DNA from: an uncultured virus (IMG/VR IMGVR_UViG_3300031455_000002)
Taxonomy: Duplodnaviria > Heunggongvirae > Uroviricota > Caudoviricetes
Virus record (IMG/VR): IMGVR_UViG_3300031455_000002
Strand: one strand, 5' to 3'
DNA length: 27,252 bases
Position 1 is the stretch's first letter; the number at the start of each line of letters is the position of its first letter. The translations under genes were made by a program, and so were the position numbers. Under the pieces are notes generated by a model. It searched no databases, was not told the origin of the DNA, and was given only the letters and a program-made list of their open reading frames with translations. Below are positions 7,090-16,097 of this stretch, piece by piece.

Positions 7090-9944
7090 AGGACACCGTC
7101 ACTCTTCCCCTCTTCCCCACCTCCACCCTCTTCGAAGCCAAGATCCCAAAGCTCCGCCCCTATCAGGAGCGCGGGATCCAGAGGCTTCGAGACCGCGTTC
7201 GCGAAGGGAAGAAGCGCATCCTTCTGGTGGCCCCCACAGGCGCCGGTAAGACCACGGTGATCGCTGCGATCATCCGTACCTCATCCGTGCCCGTACTATT
7301 TGTGGCACACCGTATGGAGCTCATTGATCAATGCGTGAAGGAACTGGCTGCCGTAGGAATAACTAATGTAGGCGTCATACGTGGCAACGATAATCGAGTA
7401 AACCCGAACGCTTCGATCCAAATCGCTTCAATTCAAACTCTCTCTCGACGCGATAAACCGGAAGCGGGCATAGTGTTCGTCGATGAATGTTTCCCCGCTG
7501 GCACTCTAGTCAGCGGGCGTCCGATCGAGGCGATTCGAATTGGAGACTTGGTAGATAGCTTCGATCCGAAAACAGGATTCAGGTGCGTACGTCCGGTTGT
7601 TCGTGTTTTCAGAAAAGAACCCTCATCGCTTGTCCGTCTCACAATAAATGGAGAAACGCTTGTCTGTACCCCAAATCATCGGATCTGGACCAGTAACGGA
7701 TGGGTTGAAGCAAAAGACTCACTCGGGCAAAATGTCGCCGTCCTACCGATCGACTTGCGATTCTTGCAACAAAGAGACCAGGAAGAAACCTCGACACTGG
7801 AGCATCCGGATGCTCTGCGATCCGTGTCTACAGAAGTCAAAAAAAGACAGAGCAAAAAAAGTTCACGCGATCTGCAAACTATGCTTGAAGCCGATTGTCC
7901 TTCAAGGAAAGAGCTTATGGCGCGCGCGATCCGGAGCATTTTACTGCGGAGATCATCCGAAGAACTGTCGACCTGTAATCACAATACGATCGACGTGCGA
8001 CACCTGTGGGAAAGAAACAGGAAAGCCAGCCAGACACAACAGTATTCCGTTGTTCTGCGCGAATTGCTGTCAACAGAGAAACGAGAAGAGAAGAAAATAC
8101 ATCACTCTTCCGTGTGCCATCTGCAACACTCCGGTAAAAGAGAGAACAGTGAAGATCCGTACCGGAAGAGTCTACTGTTCGGAGCAGCACAAAAAAGAAT
8201 TTCTGAGACAAATGCATTCGAAGAGACTATCGGAGTACAACCGAGTGCATGCATCAGAGAGAATGCGTCTACAAAATCCGATGCGAAATCACGGTGCGCG
8301 CTTGAAGATGGCGCACACGCTTCGCTCTATAGGACATCGTCCTCCATGGGTCGGAGGCAAAGGACGAGGGTTAACGGAACCACAACAACGAATGATCAAT
8401 GCACTTGGGCATGGATGGACCCCGGAGCTTCCGATCGTGACGAAGAGAGAAAACGATCTACCCAACTGCATTTACATCGATCTAGCAAACGAGTTTTTAA
8501 AGCTAGCGATCGAAGTGGACGGGAAATCGCATGGGCTTCTGAAAACAAAAGAAGCCGATGTCCGCAAGGAGTCATTTCTTCGTGGGTTAAAGTGGACAGT
8601 GTTGAGGTTCTCGAATCAGGAAGTGATGGAAAATTTGGAGGACTGTGTCCAGAAGGTATCGTCTACAATCTCGAGGTTGAAGGCACTCACACCTACTTTG
8701 CAAACGGAATAGCTGTATCAAATTGCCATCGCGCAGTCAGCGACAGCTACCTAGCGCTCCTCGAGCACTACAAGCAGTCCATCATCCTCGGGTTCACCGC
8801 TTCCCCCACCCGCTACGACGGTCGACCGCTCGGCAACCTGTTCGAGTGTCTGGATGTCATCGCAACGTACGAGGGGCTCATCAAGGACAAGTTCATTATT
8901 CCTCCGCTCTGCTACGGCGGTCCGGTAGAGCTCGATCTGTCGAGTATCAAAACCGTCGGCGGGGACTACGACGACGGTCCTCTCGGGGAGCTAATGCGGG
9001 ACGTGTCTCTCGTGGGTCAACTCCTCGAGCACTGGCGTCGTCTGGCGAACATGTACCCCCGCGAGAATGGTTCTGTAGGTCTCGTCGAGGGACCGCTCCG
9101 TCGCACCTTCATATTCGCCGTCGGGATCCAGCACTCGATCGACATCTGCACCAGGTTCGAAGCGGACGGAGTCCGCATCGCTCATCTCGACGGAACCACT
9201 CCCGAGACAGAGCGGAAGCGCATCATCAATGCGCTCGGATGCGGCGAGCTCGATGCGGTAACCAACGTCGGTGTGCTGCTCGAGGGGGTCGACATTCCGA
9301 GCGCCAAGTGCGTCGTGCACGCCAGGCCGACGCAGTCGATCGTTCTGTGGCGCCAGAGCGCCGGCCGCATCTTCCGCCCCTGGCACCCCGGCTGCCGGCC
9401 AAGCTGTCGCGAACACCCGAGCCTTCAACCGCTGCTTCTCGATCATGCTGGCAACATCGCGCGACACGGCTTCCCTCACGAAGATCTGCACTGGGAGCTC
9501 ACCACTCGAGCCCGCTCGCTCGAGAAGAAGGTCGCCACCCGAATCTGCCCCAAGTGCTATGCCTACCTCCCTGCTTACAAGCGCGTTTGCCCGTACTGCG
9601 ACCACGAGGCGCCTCCACCGAAGCCGGCCGAGCTACCCAAGGAGAGCGAGGAGCAACTCCGTCAGCTCTCAGGGAGCCCTGAGGAGATGCGGCGCATGTA
9701 CTTCCAGATGATGGCTCAGGTCGCGCGCGCTAAGGGCTACAAGCCTGGGTTCGTCGGAGCTCGGTACAAGAGCCGATACGGCGTGTGGCCACCGTGGGAT
9801 TGGAGTGAGTCATTGAAGTCGTCGTTCGCCAGCGATCCGGACTGGCAGTTCAACTTGCAGGCGAACCAGGAACGGAAGAGGAAGTTCGAGTTGGCGAAGA
9901 TGGCGAAGGAGCTCGCTAAGATTGAGAACCCGGACGATTGGTAA
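7086..9944 (+). CDS. SF2 DExH helicase (RadD/YejH-like phage helicase) with intein and C-terminal Zn ribbon
   Basis: GTG 7086 overlaps the upstream stop; LRPYQ, APTGAGKT, VDE|CH split by intein, GFTASP, LLEGVDIP, QSAGRIFR, CPKC...CPYC. Confidence 0.92.
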   Translation: MKDTVTLPLFPTSTLFEAKIPKLRPYQERGIQRLRDRVREGKKRILLVAPTGAGKTTVIAAIIRTSSVPVLFVAHRMELIDQCVKELAAVGITNVGVIRGNDNRVNPNASIQIASIQTLSRRDKPEAGIVFVDECFPAGTLVSGRPIEAIRIGDLVDSFDPKTGFRCVRPVVRVFRKEPSSLVRLTINGETLVCTPNHRIWTSNGWVEAKDSLGQNVAVLPIDLRFLQQRDQEETSTLEHPDALRSVSTEVKKRQSKKSSRDLQTMLEADCPSRKELMARAIRSILLRRSSEELSTCNHNTIDVRHLWERNRKASQTQQYSVVLRELLSTEKREEKKIHHSSVCHLQHSGKRENSEDPYRKSLLFGAAQKRISETNAFEETIGVQPSACIRENASTKSDAKSRCALEDGAHASLYRTSSSMGRRQRTRVNGTTTTNDQCTWAWMDPGASDRDEERKRSTQLHLHRSSKRVFKASDRSGREIAWASENKRSRCPQGVISSWVKVDSVEVLESGSDGKFGGLCPEGIVYNLEVEGTHTYFANGIAVSNCHRAVSDSYLALLEHYKQSIILGFTASPTRYDGRPLGNLFECLDVIATYEGLIKDKFIIPPLCYGGPVELDLSSIKTVGGDYDDGPLGELMRDVSLVGQLLEHWRRLANMYPRENGSVGLVEGPLRRTFIFAVGIQHSIDICTRFEADGVRIAHLDGTTPETERKRIINALGCGELDAVTNVGVLLEGVDIPSAKCVVHARPTQSIVLWRQSAGRIFRPWHPGCRPSCREHPSLQPLLLDHAGNIARHGFPHEDLHWELTTRARSLEKKVATRICPKCYAYLPAYKRVCPYCDHEAPPPKPAELPKESEEQLRQLSGSPEEMRRMYFQMMAQVARAKGYKPGFVGARYKSRYGVWPPWDWSESLKSSFASDPDWQFNLQANQERKRKFELAKMAKELAKIENPDDW
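7488..8723 (+). mobile_element. Intein (412 aa) inserted in helicase motif II (DE/CH)
   Basis: Block A CFPAGTLV, block B LVCTPNHRIW, blocks F/G VYNLEVEGTHTYFANGIAVSN followed by Cys+1; removal restores VDECHRA. Confidence 0.93.
7648..8712 (+). CDS. DUF559/Vsr-like endonuclease with CxxC repeats, nested in the +1 frame inside the intein
   Basis: IDLANEFLKLAIEVDGKSH...DVRKESFLRGLKWTVLRFSNQEV; several CxxC motifs; alternative start ATG 7732. Confidence 0.85.
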   Translation: MEKRLSVPQIIGSGPVTDGLKQKTHSGKMSPSYRSTCDSCNKETRKKPRHWSIRMLCDPCLQKSKKDRAKKVHAICKLCLKPIVLQGKSLWRARSGAFYCGDHPKNCRPVITIRSTCDTCGKETGKPARHNSIPLFCANCCQQRNEKRRKYITLPCAICNTPVKERTVKIRTGRVYCSEQHKKEFLRQMHSKRLSEYNRVHASERMRLQNPMRNHGARLKMAHTLRSIGHRPPWVGGKGRGLTEPQQRMINALGHGWTPELPIVTKRENDLPNCIYIDLANEFLKLAIEVDGKSHGLLKTKEADVRKESFLRGLKWTVLRFSNQEVMENLEDCVQKVSSTISRLKALTPTLQTE

Positions 9945-10084
9945 CCAAGAAACAGAGACACAGAGGTACCCGATCTGCAATACGTGTGGTCGAATCCTAG
10001 CAAAGGATCTCAATGAATGGGACGACTCTCCGGATCTGCTTTGCTTCGGAGACGCTTCGTGTCTTCCTCTTTCGAAGGTTTCAG

Positions 10085-10294
10085 ATGACAACGACTAAGG
10101 AACTATTCGCCAGCATCGAAGCCCAACGAGACCGCCAACGTTTCATGGCGCTCCCGATCGAGGACCGAGTGCGCAACGCCTGCCCAGGCTGCGGGTGTCG
10201 GCTCATCGAAGACTTCACGAGAGCGCTCGCGTTCGTGGCGGGACCAGTGAAAAAGGGTCGATGCCAGAAGTGTGGGTGGGAAGGGACGAAGTAG
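10085..10294 (+). CDS. Small Zn-ribbon protein
   Basis: CPGCG...CQKCGW in 69 aa from ATG 10085. Confidence 0.55.
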   Translation: MTTTKELFASIEAQRDRQRFMALPIEDRVRNACPGCGCRLIEDFTRALAFVAGPVKKGRCQKCGWEGTK

Positions 10295-11076
10295 CCCCTG
10301 TGAACCTCATCTGTGCTCATTGCGGCTGCGGATTTGTTGCAGTCAAAAGAACAAGAATTGCGAGAAAATTTTGCTCGCGATCCTGTTGTGGTTTGCATTA
10401 CCGAGGAACAAAGAGACCTCGGACATTGATCTCCAAACAATGCGATTCATGCCAACGTGTCTACCAGATCAAAAGAAGTAAAGTTATCACATCCAGATAT
10501 TGCTCCGTATCATGCAAGATCACTGGTCACAAATCGAAACCAAAGATCTCCAGATCCGTTCGTATAGAGAAAAAGAAAGGCCGATGTCGTGTATGTGGAT
10601 CACATGGGATCTCAAGAAAGACTAAGTACTGCTCCTTGGAATGTCGGTACCTAGGTCGATACAAAAAATCACGCGACGAATTGTCTCTAGTGGTCCGCGG
10701 ATGCGGAGTATGCGGATCTCCGATTCGCGTATGGACCAAACGCCCACAAAAGAACTGTGCCAAATGCTCCCACATCCTTAGAAGAGGATCCGGAAATCCA
10801 AACTGGAAAGGAGGCGTAACCAGTGAAGGACAACTAATTCGTCGATCCCCAGAGGGGATTGCATGGCGCAAATCGGTTTTTGAAAGAGATCGATTCACAT
10901 GTCAAATATGCGGCAAGGTCGGCGGAACACTGCACGCTGATCACATAAAACCGTTCGCGTACTACCCAGATCTCAGAACAGACATAGGTAACGGACGCAC
11001 ACTATGTGAACCGTGTCATAAAAAAACGGACACGTACTTGTCCGGTGCCAAGAAGCACAATCGGGTATCCAGGTGA
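10261..11076 (+). CDS. HNH endonuclease with N-terminal Cys-rich repeats (homing-endonuclease-like)
   Basis: NPNWKGG, WRKSVFERDRFTCQICG, HADHIKP, NGRTLCEPCH; repeated CxxC..(F/Y)CS..C; start uncertain. Confidence 0.9.
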   Translation: MPEVWVGRDEVAPVNLICAHCGCGFVAVKRTRIARKFCSRSCCGLHYRGTKRPRTLISKQCDSCQRVYQIKRSKVITSRYCSVSCKITGHKSKPKISRSVRIEKKKGRCRVCGSHGISRKTKYCSLECRYLGRYKKSRDELSLVVRGCGVCGSPIRVWTKRPQKNCAKCSHILRRGSGNPNWKGGVTSEGQLIRRSPEGIAWRKSVFERDRFTCQICGKVGGTLHADHIKPFAYYPDLRTDIGNGRTLCEPCHKKTDTYLSGAKKHNRVSR

Positions 11077-11432
11077 GCGAGTCTGGTTTACAGTGTCTCC
11101 TGCTTCTAGATGCACCCAAAAGACTACCTGATCTCAGACTGTTCAGAAGAAACGTAGTTGTTGCCCGCATCGCAACAAGAACAGTTCATGCCGGAATCAA
11201 AGGTCAATGTGATCTTTATGGATACATTCGCGGAGGACTGGTGATCGAAGTTGAACTCAAGAGTGCAAACAAAAAACTAGATCCCGACCAGGTCACGTGG
11301 CGCGACTGGTGCGTCGAATGGGGGATTCCCCACATCGTGCTGACGGCAGCGAAGAGGGAGACGGAGAAGCAGACGGTAGATAGGTGGTGCGTGGAGCTTG
11401 GTGCTCTACTGAAGTCACTCGATCAGGGCTAA
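11073..11432 (+). CDS. VRR-NUC domain nuclease
   Basis: GIKGQCDLYGY...IEVELKS...LDPDQVTW; downstream of SF2 helicase. Confidence 0.8.
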   Translation: MSESGLQCLLLLDAPKRLPDLRLFRRNVVVARIATRTVHAGIKGQCDLYGYIRGGLVIEVELKSANKKLDPDQVTWRDWCVEWGIPHIVLTAAKRETEKQTVDRWCVELGALLKSLDQG

Positions 11433-11816
11433 GAGGGCCGCCTTCGGATCTTCCTCATCGAGCGTCCTAACAGCCTTCTCGGAGCACGCGAGCAGATATC
11501 GGACCCCTTGATCCTTCGCCTGTGTCCAGCAGTCTCGAGTTCCTCGATCTCCGGTGAACACGACCAGCAGATCCGGACTGAAGTCCCTCAGCATCAAACC
11601 GTTCCTGGCGTGTCCGGCCCACCCCCTTAGGTACGACGTCCACCTCGCCCCGTACACCCGACACGGGCGCCCCCGCTGCCCCGCCCAGAGGCCTACCAGA
11701 AGGTCGGCTCCATCGGCTCCGCCGTGGGCTACCTCCGTGGGGGAGAGGGCGTCCAGCACCCTATAGAGGTGCCGGCGGTCGGTGTAGGAGCGGCCTCCGG
11801 TGACTGCGACTCTCAT
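11415..11816 (-). CDS. SLOG family protein (DUF2493/YspA-like)
   Basis: MRVAVTGGRSY, VAHGGADGADLL, GHARNGLML, VVFTGDRGT. Confidence 0.85.
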   Translation of the reverse strand: MRVAVTGGRSYTDRRHLYRVLDALSPTEVAHGGADGADLLVGLWAGQRGRPCRVYGARWTSYLRGWAGHARNGLMLRDFSPDLLVVFTGDRGTRDCWTQAKDQGVRYLLACSEKAVRTLDEEDPKAALLALIE

Positions 11817-11818
11817 CC

Positions 11819-12331
11819 TTATTCCTCTGTTTTTCTAGCCTCAAGTACATGCGGATTGTCGATCAGGTGAACACGGAGCTTCTCCGTCCTTCTCAGTATC
11901 GACATGCAGTTCAATTTCACGGGATCGGATCGATGCAGTCCGTTCACAAGTTCGAACATGGTCTTTCCGAAACCAGTAATCAGAGCGAATACACGGAAAT
12001 AAATTCGAACCTGATCATCGAGAACTCTTCCGTATCTCATCCTGGGAAGGATGTTGGAGACTCTGGCTTCGATGCTCAAAGCTGCTTCGTGGTTTGGACA
12101 CCATTCGCTTGGTAGAAAATCATTTTTCTCTAAGTTGCAACCAGGGCACGCTGGAACCAGGTTCCATGGAAGTTGCGGTCCTCCTCGGATTACCGGAACC
12201 ACATGATCGGTTGTAAGTACAACGAAAAATTCATTGCAGTAGAAACAGGTACCCTCGGGGGGTCTGTGAGAAGGTTTTCGGCTTCTAGCAACAACGATTC
12301 GGCAACCGGAACACACGGCTCCAATCTGCAC
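11819..12331 (-). CDS. HNH endonuclease domain protein
   Basis: CFYC...TTDHVVPVIRGG...NLVPACPGCNLEK; start uncertain. Confidence 0.8.
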   Translation of the reverse strand: MQIGAVCSGCRIVVARSRKPSHRPPEGTCFYCNEFFVVLTTDHVVPVIRGGPQLPWNLVPACPGCNLEKNDFLPSEWCPNHEAALSIEARVSNILPRMRYGRVLDDQVRIYFRVFALITGFGKTMFELVNGLHRSDPVKLNCMSILRRTEKLRVHLIDNPHVLEARKTEE

Positions 12332-12360
12332 AGATGGGGCAGTAGTAAGGACACGACATT

Positions 12361-12558
12361 TTACAGTATCACTTCAGTGGGGTCAGTGGGGGGGGGTGAC
12401 GAGTCCACCACGGCGAATTGGAAAATCACTGTGTTTTTGACGGTGTGTCCAGGGGGTGTATTCGAGCCTGTGTACTCAATAAAAATTTGAGATTTTTCCT
12501 ACCACCTGGTTCAGAGTCCCCACTATCCCCATTCATCCCAACTGAAGTGTCACTGTAA
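12361..12558. repeat. Inverted repeat with convergent short iterons; candidate replication origin
   Basis: TTACAGTATCACTTCAGTGGGG (12361-12382) and CCCAACTGAAGTGTCACTGTAA (12537-12558) match 19/22 as reverse complements; non-coding gap downstream of the primase. Confidence 0.55.
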
Positions 12559-12628
12559 TCTGTTGTAACAATGTGGATTCGTTTGATTGGAAATAGTCGT
12601 GCCACCGGGTCTACGATGGTTCAGATTT

Positions 12629-15394
12629 TTAGGTACCCCCACTGGAGGGATCTGTGCCAGACGACGTCTCGAAGACCTTCGTGACCCTCCACTTCATGAC
12701 GCCCCCGGCGCCAGACTTGGTGACCAGCCTCATCCCGTTGATCACACGCCCCTTGAAGGCCCCTAGGCGCCTCCCTAGCTCGACCGTGTCGGGGGCGACG
12801 ATCCGTCCCTGCTGACGCATCCCGCGCTTCCCTACAAGCGTTTCCATGGCGTCCCGGAGGTCTTCTAGGCCGTCCTGCTTGTACCCCCCGTTCACCGGAT
12901 CCAAGGCCCGTTCGCTCCGGAAGATCAGATCGATCACCGAGCTGATCCGGAACTCCTCGTCATCGAGCATTTCGTGCAGCCTGGACATGATGATCCGGAT
13001 GCTCCGGAGCTCGTTGTCGACCTCTTCCTCGGACTCCGGTCTCGCCCCCATTGGGTCAGCTCCGCCCGCGAACACGATGGCGTGAGGGATGAGCCGGGAC
13101 CACTCCTCGAAGCTTCCCCAGCGAGCGCACCCCATGTCTGGCTTCCCTGCTCGAACATACGCTCTCAGGAGCAGTAGAGCCGCGGACACCAACCGAGGCC
13201 GCTGTACACGGATCCACTCCAGTAGATCGCTGTGCTTGAATTTGGTTCGCTGCTCCGGCTTCTCCTCAGCCGGCTCGAGCCTAGCCATCAACACACGGCG
13301 ACTCGTGTCACCGTAGAAGCTAACGTTGTTCCCGGTCGCCATGATAAGCGCGCGCCACGGGAGCGTTACGATCTTGGTGGCCCCAAGGACACGAAGCTCG
13401 ACGTCGTCTCGAGCCGTGATGACTCGATCCATCGGACCTCCACCGAACGGTCGCATTGCTGGGATATTGTCGAGACAGATGAACGAGGATCCTCGAAGAG
13501 CGTACCCAGCCAGGATCTTCTCGAGCTCAATGTCGTCACTCGTGTAGTTCATGCGAGGGGCTCCGCGCCCCGTGGCGATCGTCGCGATAGCGTCCGTCTG
13601 GAGAGTCTTGCCTGATCCGCGAGTCGAGGCGTCGAACAGAACCGCTGGCACCGAACCGAGAATGGCCGGCCTCGCTACCAGGGTAAGGATCGCTGCGATC
13701 GGTACGGATCGGTGAGAAGGGTTCACGTACGGAAAATCCTCGAAGCACTCGCTCAGGAATTTGAGTGCCCACTTCGCATTTTCCTGAGTCGCTTTTGCAT
13801 CGTCGATGTTGGGGAAGTTCTCACCCGGCATGTACAGGTACTTAGTGAGTTTGTCGTACCCAGGTATCTGCATGATCTGGCCGTCTGGTCGCATGGTGGG
13901 CGTCTCCACCAATCCGATCAGGGTCCTGATGCCGGGCCAGTTCGATCGTTTCTTCACTGCGCCAACGATCTCGTCGGTTGGCACGATAGGAGTGTAGTTC
14001 TGGTTTTTGCTCGACCACTTCTGGAACGTCGCTACCTCAGATAGGCGCTCTCTGAGCGTTGGTGTCTCCATCTGGCAGATCTGCGGAGAACCCTCCACTA
14101 GCTGACGATGAGTCTGGCCATCGTCTCCTATAACCGGTTCCGAGTTCTCACTCTGATCTCGAGATACACGGGTCACAAATACGAGCTTTGTCTCTCGCTG
14201 ATAGATGTTCTCGTCTCCACTGACGAGCGCCTTGATCGCTTCTGTTGCGTTGACCATCACCTCGTGGGTGACGGTGATGCTTGGTTTGCTTGACTTGCTC
14301 GGACCGACGTTCTGATAACGAGGATCTAGTCCCCAGGGGTCCTCCGGGGTTCCCTCCGGCTCACGCTGGCCAGCCTCGGGGGAGGGAGGGCGAGCTGGGT
14401 CGGCGAGCACCATGGGGACCTTCGTCCCTCCGGTCTCTCGAATCCGTTTCTCTGCGCTGCCAAGGGTTGCTCGAGACTCATGCTCCGGAAGTCCACACGC
14501 TCTCGCCGCAGCGAGGAGCTCGTCGTGCACCCACTGCCACCGGTGGGATTGATGCAACCCGCCGCAGTATTCGAACATGCGACAAGCGACACTGTAGAGC
14601 GTGTTGTTGCGGTTGCCCTGACCGCAGGCGGCGAGCGCGCGAGCCTCGTTGGTGACGGCGACCTCAAGGTAACGCTCCGCTCGGTTGCGAGCGTGACCCG
14701 GCTTGTTCATCTGAGCCGGCGTGTACTTCTGGACAAACTTTGGCGTCTCGAGCTTCGTCAGAAGCTGCATCGCCCAGTGAACTGGAAGCGTGGCGATCTC
14801 TCCGGTGACGGTCCACACGTATCGCTTGCCGTTGGCGTGTAGCGACGGAGCGACGACGACCTGGCCGCCTTCGACCTTCACGTCCACTCCTGGCTTACCG
14901 CCGAGCGCCGTGGCGTTGCGAATACGGTCAGTGTCGACCTCTGGGGGCGCTCGGTAGAAAAGGCGGTACCCTCGTCCGGAGTCGCAGCGCGGGGTCTCCG
15001 GAAGATCGCCTAGTTCTTTCTCCAACTCGACGAATCGATCTTCTTCGTCGATGTCGATCGCGATCAGGTACTCGTTCGTCCCCGGTTGCTTACCGAGAAC
15101 CAGACCGATATTTGGTTTGAACTTCGAGCGAGCGATCTGGTCACGGAGTTGATCGAGACTGAACTCGCGCTTCTGCCAGTTCGGAAGGATCGGATGCTTA
15201 CCCGAAGAGGAAGATCCGCTAGCAGTACGGTCGTGGACTTTTCCGCATGAGCATCCACCCTCCGGAGTAGGAGCGTGAAGCAGAACGGTTTTCAGACCCG
15301 TCACCGAGTAGATGGTTACGGCATCCTCGGTGGACTCTACGTTGAGCAGAGATTCGGGAATCGAGAGACGCAGCGACGGTTCTGACATCGGCAT
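12629..15394 (-). CDS. Bifunctional DNA primase/polymerase fused to a P-loop helicase-like domain
   Basis: CSCG...GKHP, NIGLVLG, IAIDID, GGQVVVAPSLHANGKRYVW, GNRNNTLY, ASTRGSGKT, CLDNI, ATGNN. Confidence 0.88.
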   Translation of the reverse strand: MPMSEPSLRLSIPESLLNVESTEDAVTIYSVTGLKTVLLHAPTPEGGCSCGKVHDRTASGSSSSGKHPILPNWQKREFSLDQLRDQIARSKFKPNIGLVLGKQPGTNEYLIAIDIDEEDRFVELEKELGDLPETPRCDSGRGYRLFYRAPPEVDTDRIRNATALGGKPGVDVKVEGGQVVVAPSLHANGKRYVWTVTGEIATLPVHWAMQLLTKLETPKFVQKYTPAQMNKPGHARNRAERYLEVAVTNEARALAACGQGNRNNTLYSVACRMFEYCGGLHQSHRWQWVHDELLAAARACGLPEHESRATLGSAEKRIRETGGTKVPMVLADPARPPSPEAGQREPEGTPEDPWGLDPRYQNVGPSKSSKPSITVTHEVMVNATEAIKALVSGDENIYQRETKLVFVTRVSRDQSENSEPVIGDDGQTHRQLVEGSPQICQMETPTLRERLSEVATFQKWSSKNQNYTPIVPTDEIVGAVKKRSNWPGIRTLIGLVETPTMRPDGQIMQIPGYDKLTKYLYMPGENFPNIDDAKATQENAKWALKFLSECFEDFPYVNPSHRSVPIAAILTLVARPAILGSVPAVLFDASTRGSGKTLQTDAIATIATGRGAPRMNYTSDDIELEKILAGYALRGSSFICLDNIPAMRPFGGGPMDRVITARDDVELRVLGATKIVTLPWRALIMATGNNVSFYGDTSRRVLMARLEPAEEKPEQRTKFKHSDLLEWIRVQRPRLVSAALLLLRAYVRAGKPDMGCARWGSFEEWSRLIPHAIVFAGGADPMGARPESEEEVDNELRSIRIIMSRLHEMLDDEEFRISSVIDLIFRSERALDPVNGGYKQDGLEDLRDAMETLVGKRGMRQQGRIVAPDTVELGRRLGAFKGRVINGMRLVTKSGAGGVMKWRVTKVFETSSGTDPSSGGT

Positions 15395-15735
15395 CAGAAC
15401 AGGGTGAGTTGTCGGGTTGATGTTGAGGTCTCGAGACCGCGAACGTAGTTACGGGCGGCGGAGCGCGCTTTTTTTTGCGAAGAGGAATGGCCTATAGCTT
15501 GCCCTGGGTCACTCCAGATCCATCCGTCGTCCACCCTTTCTATCTCTGCGATCACCCCCGTGCGTTCGTCGCACGATCTCTCAACCAGCGTATCCCAACG
15601 CCGAAGCGTTCCGTCTCTATGCATGGACGCAGCTCTCCCTTGTCTCCACTTCCAGCTCGCTGCCGCCTGGGATGACGGCTCTTCGACGTTGAGCTGAGGG
15701 ATCCTCGTTCTATCGAACTGTGAGTAAATCCGCAA
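15394..15735 (-). CDS. Hypothetical protein
   Basis: ORF whose stop abuts the primase start; start uncertain. Confidence 0.45.
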   Translation of the reverse strand: MRIYSQFDRTRIPQLNVEEPSSQAAASWKWRQGRAASMHRDGTLRRWDTLVERSCDERTGVIAEIERVDDGWIWSDPGQAIGHSSSQKKARSAARNYVRGLETSTSTRQLTLF

Positions 15736-15759
15736 CCCCTTGCGTAGGAGTGCGCACAG

Positions 15760-15801
15760 AAAAAAAAGACCCGTAGCCCCCCGTCGAAAGGGGGCTACGG
15801 G
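15760..15801 (-). terminator. Intrinsic terminator
   Basis: Perfect 12-bp stem CCCGTAGCCCCC / GGGGGCTACGGG with 8-nt loop, followed by TC and T8 on the minus strand. Confidence 0.85.
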
Positions 15802-15840
15802 CCGGAGAGCGGAAGAGAGAGATCCTGCTCGAGAGATGCG

Positions 15841-15869
15841 AGCATAACCACAAGTTGGGTGTGCGTCAA
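15841..15869 (-). promoter_or_regulatory. sigma70-type promoter
   Basis: TTGACG-17 bp-TATGCT on the minus strand in an intergenic gap. Confidence 0.65.
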
Positions 15870-15890
15870 AGCACTTATCGTGGAGTAAGG

Positions 15891-16097
15891 CTAGCGAGGC
15901 ATCCTATTCAACGCCTTCCGAAGCGCCTCTTCCACGGTGTCTCCTGTGCCCGTAGCTGCGGTCTTGCGGTCGTAGAAGATGTCTTCCGGGATACCTTCAA
16001 CCAGCTCTCTGACGGTCACCAGAAAGCCGTCGCGTGTGAGTTCGACAACCACGGCGGCGTCGAGATCTAGGCAGCGGAAGCGGTCCCAGGTGTTCAT
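15891..16097 (-). CDS. Hypothetical protein
   Basis: 68 aa, ATGA-coupled to the upstream gene. Confidence 0.6.
   Translation of the reverse strand: MNTWDRFRCLDLDAAVVVELTRDGFLVTVRELVEGIPEDIFYDRKTAATGTGDTVEEALRKALNRMPR

Noticed and set aside
15801..15812. Short similarity (CCGCTCTCC) between the leader-proximal spacer and the candidate small RNA
   Set aside because: Only 9 contiguous bases in GC-rich DNA and mid-spacer; expected by chance
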